The notes beneath the pieces are model-generated. The model ran no database searches, was not told the origin of the DNA, and saw only the letters and a list, made by a program, of their open reading frames with translations. A program made the position numbers and the translations under genes. From positions 13,526,698-13,590,697 of the forward strand of contig OZ037765.1 of the NCBI GenBank assembly GCA_964035545.1: 64,000 bases of DNA. The letters are read 5' to 3'. This document shows, one piece after another, positions 60,411 to 64,000 of this stretch. How positions within the stretch are numbered: the first letter of the stretch is position 1; each line of letters opens with the position of its first letter. The DNA comes from Bugula neritina (Eukaryota; Animalia; Bryozoa).

Positions 60411-62577
60411 TTTACCTCTGATTACCTCTGATGAGGTAGAACGCTCTTGACCATCATATGACGTTAGTAGAGCGCCTCATGTGTGTGACAGTGAGTGTTC
60501 CGTTTTTTTTTTGTTTTTTTTTTTAGTGCTTCTGCATTACCGCTGATATTATTCAATTTAGATAGTGATATTTAAAAAGAAAATTGATAGGTAAGCTAGG
60601 TAAATCCTCTCATGTCGCGTATCGTTCTTGGTAAAAAACTTTGGTGGTAACAGCTAGAGTGAGAAGAAATGGAGTTGGGTAAACCTTGGGTTGCTGATCT
60701 CGTAGTTACGGACATGAGAGAGCGATTTTCCACAACCTCATCATAGTCTGATGAAAGTGTACTGTGCGTGGCTTCAGACTGTAGAATACTTGTCAATAGT
60801 GTGAGTCTATGATTTTTACGCCTCGTTTGCAATGGTAGTAGACCCAGTTCGCATCGAGCGTCACTAACACTCTCTCGCCCCTTGAGACCTGATATGAACC
60901 TCACAGCACGGTTCTGAACCATTTCTATATTATGTATGGTGGTTTTTAAATAAGGATCCCAGAGGGTATCTGCATAATCCAACCATGGACGGCAGAGGCT
61001 AGTGTAAGCCAAGAGTTTGCCATTTTTTGGAGCATCATGAAGAGCAAACTTTATTGCTCCTAGGACTCTGCTAGCTTTTTGTGATTTCAGCACAATGTGT
61101 TTGTCAAATTTTAGATTACTCTGCATGGTCACACCGAGATACTTGGTCTCTTCAGTCCATTGGACAGGTGTACTCCCAAGCTTATAAGATGGAAGGCTTG
61201 TTTGGCGACCAAATGATATAGCATGGCATTTACTTTCATTAAAAGGCATCTTCCACTGTTGGGACCAGTTATATACTGCATCGATATTGACCTGGAAGTC
61301 TGCAGCATCTGCTTCTGAGTTTACTCTTTGGTACAACAGGGTGTCATCTGCATAAAGACTGACACAACAATTGACATAACTTGGTAAATCGTTAATATAA
61401 ACCAAGAATAGTGTGGGTCCTAGTACAGATCCTTGGGGGACGCCCGATGTTACTGGGAGCTCAGTTGAGCATGAGCCTTTGATTACAACTCTCTGTTTTC
61501 TGTTAGTGATGAAATCTTGAATCCAATCTATAATCTGTAGGTTAACTTCTGGAATGCGACGTAGTTTCAGTAGCAGTAGGGAATGGGGGACTTTGTCAAA
61601 TGCTTTTTTAAAGTCTAGAACAATTGCATGTGTGTCTTGTGATTGGTCGTGCGCTTTGGCAATGTCATGGTATGTTGAGCACAGCTGAGTATCGCATGAC
61701 ATTCCCTTCCGAAAACCATGCTGCCTGTTGTGAAGTATATTGTCAAGGGTTGCATTCAGGTAGTGTAGGATTATGTGCTCAAGCATTTTGCACGGAATGC
61801 TTGTGAGAGAGATAGGCCTATAATTCTGTGGTGATTCCTTGCTTCCTCCTTTATGTATTGGGGTTACATTAGCAAGTTTCCACTCTCTTGGTAGGTTTCC
61901 AGATTTAAGTGAGGCATGGTATATGTGCTGAAGACAAGTGGCATTTATTTCAGTATCAACTAATAGGTCCGGTTTTCTTATGCCGTCTGGCCCCGGTGAT
62001 TTACCATTTGCCAAACCTCTAATAGGTGACTCAAGCCCCTTGATGGATATGCATATGTTATGAGTATCACTGCTATGATTTGGATATTGTGACACCTGGT
62101 GATCTTGGCAGAACTGACTATAAAAATAACTGTTCAGGATTTCAGCGCACCTCAGTGAGTTGTCAGTTAGTTGATTAGTATCAGGGTCAGTAAGAGACAT
62201 GGAAATATTATCTTGACCAGTTTTTTGCCTCAGGTGTTTGAAAAAAGGCTTGGAATTTCCCCTCTCTAATGGTTTACATACCTTCTCAACTACATAGTTC
62301 CTCTTTTTGTGACGAAGCAATTTTTGCAAGATTTTCGCTCTGTTTTATACTTCTCCAAGAAAAACACATCCCTTGTTTTTTTATACTTAAACCAAGTTTT
62401 TCTTTGCTTTTGAGCAAGCTTCTTTGCCTCCTTATCAAACCAAACAGGCCAGCAAGAGTTTTTTGATTTTAAAACTTTTGTAGGAATGTGATCTTTGCAA
62501 GCCTGCGCAAGACCTTCTCTAAAAAGGAGCCACATGTTGTCCGGGTCTGACATGTTCTTAAGTTTGTTACAGACAGT
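60411..62577 (-). mobile_element. 5'-truncated non-LTR retrotransposon (CR1/L2 group LINE)
   Basis: ORF2 remnant lacking the endonuclease, ~180 bp 3' UTR, and a 3' end with the short tandem unit ATCAGAGGTA twice. The 5' boundary is approximate. Confidence 0.88.
60596..62553 (-). pseudogene. LINE ORF2 reverse transcriptase, 5'-truncated with one frameshift at ~62321-62325
   Basis: RT motifs KSPGPDGI, WKLANVTPIHKGG, NYRPISLTS, QHGFRKG, LDFKKAFDKVPH, SGVPQGSVLGP, YADD, KYLGV. ORFs 62553-62290 and 62329-60596 join if one A is added to an A5 run. Confidence 0.92.
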
Positions 62578-62579
62578 TA

Positions 62580-62860
62580 ATAGTTAAACTTAATTGATGA
62601 TAATCATAATGCACTAACAAATAATATCATATTCATAATCATAATGATATTAATAATATTATTATTAATCATAATCATAATGAAATTAAATAATGAACCC
62701 ATAATCATAATGATAATGATAATCATAATAATGATAAAGTTAAATATTCAATATTCATACTCATAGTCATAGTAATTCAAATTGCCAGACCAAAAAATTC
62801 AGAATTTTAAATTTGAAGGATTTTTAACGCCATGGCTATTAGTATTACTATTAGTATATT
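62580..62860. repeat. Degenerate (ATAATC/ATGATA)n hexamer low-complexity tract
   Basis: aatcataatcataatgataatgataatcataat...; continues the similar tract at 60180-60330 on the other side of the LINE. Confidence 0.75.
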
Positions 62861-62862
62861 AC

Positions 62863-63200
62863 CTTTCTAACTTCAAAAACAGATCAACTGCAAGGTTTGC
62901 AACGAGTGGTGTAAGATGAAATGTTTTGGTAACAAATCTATTGTTTGTTTTGAGACTAAAATGCATTGAACGAGTAACTACCGCAACTTGAACTCGGCCA
63001 ACTCGAAAAAGTCCTCGAATAAATCGTAAAAAGACAATGATGTGGTAATTTCAGCGGTTATGTAAACCCTAGCGCATTTATATCGCTAAGGTTGAGACTG
63101 AAAACTCCCGTGGCATTTCACGATCTTCCTATATAATAATATCCCTTTATTATTATTTTATGTTGTCCTTGAAAAATAACCAATGAGCGGACAGTAGATA
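62863..63200 (-). promoter_or_regulatory. Candidate SMIM14 promoter and non-coding first exon
   Basis: Minus-strand donor AAG|GTAATA at 62863/62862 next to a CpG-enriched segment. The SMIM14 ATG exon has a splice acceptor at 56399, which implies an upstream UTR exon. Confidence 0.4.
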
Positions 63201-63904
63201 TTATCTGCGACACAACTATGCATCATCAACATGGTGATTAGCAGCAATGACTATGACTGTATGAGCACTGCTCAGAAACAATAATTATTTAACGCTTATT
63301 TTGCTATCAACTTCTAACACATATATTCTGAGCAGACAATTATTTGATTAATTTATTTTTAAAAGTCTAGCAATGAGTGACTGCAGCACTTTTGGTGATT
63401 AATTAAACGCCATAAGAAGATTTACTGACGCCATTCTCATCCTGATTCTGATTCTCACGCACATTGATTTTGAAAATTATCGTATTTCCTCTTGCAGGAC
63501 TTAGAAAACCAAAAGAAAGATAAAACTAATGTAAGAGTTCTAAACTTTAAAACCATTTTTTTTAATAAATTACTCTTTTTAAACTTATTTTTACTGAGCA
63601 AGTGAGAGCAACTAATAGTAATACATACTCATAGTGATACACTGATAGAGTTACTGTTAGTAACTGCAAGTGTAATGGAACAAAATTGTATTTACATTCC
63701 TATGTTTGCCAGTATATATAATATTACTATTGATATACATAGACAAACTAGATTTATAACTATGAATCTACTTAGTGCGAATTTAAACTATCAAGAATGT
63801 GTGATACTAAGACTAAGAGTAAATGTAATGATTTAAGTTAATTATGCATTATATATAGTTAGATCATTCTATTTGCACTACTAGAAAGCAGAATTAGTTT
63901 AGGA

Positions 63905-64000
63905 AGTATAACAATAGACTAGTAGGCACTAGGACATGGGTTCGAATCCTGGCAGGGTCATAACTGATGTCAGTTGATTTATCAAATCCATAACTGTCAG
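63905..64000 (+). mobile_element. Possible tRNA-derived SINE head
   Basis: Perfect Pol III B-box GGTTCGAATCC at 63939-63949, with no recognisable cloverleaf or clean A-box. Confidence 0.35.

Noticed and set aside
63905-63990. tRNA gene
   Set aside because: Only the B-box/T-loop motif is present; no acceptor stem, D-arm or anticodon arm could be formed.

Overview
AT-rich, intron-containing genomic DNA from an invertebrate animal (probably a spiralian; species not determinable from sequence). All exon models were built by hand from GT-AG junctions with consistent reading-frame phase. Left to right: (1) the 5' end of a Ty3/gypsy LTR retrotransposon on the minus strand (LTR, tRNA-Leu PBS, open gag) and a ~300 bp MITE; (2) a minus-strand 10-exon gene for an unidentified protein with a Q/M/P/G-rich N-terminus and two U1/matrin-type zinc fingers; (3) a divergently oriented FRMD4 gene (FERM + CUPID coiled coil + C-terminal -TLV, ~1153 aa, 20 coding exons); (4) a two-exon FoxC gene; (5) a convergent SMIM14 gene; (6) a TIR-bounded element and a 5'-truncated CR1-group LINE upstream of the SMIM14 CDS. 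The most interesting signals are a candidate intragenic first exon giving a FERM-less FRMD4 isoform, a 35-aa acidic cassette exon inside the FERM F3 lobe, an AG|GTAAG recursive-splice-like site at the FRMD4 start exon, an intron-containing FoxC with no neighbouring Fox cluster genes, and palindrome-rich hexamer-periodic DNA flanking both putative promoter regions.
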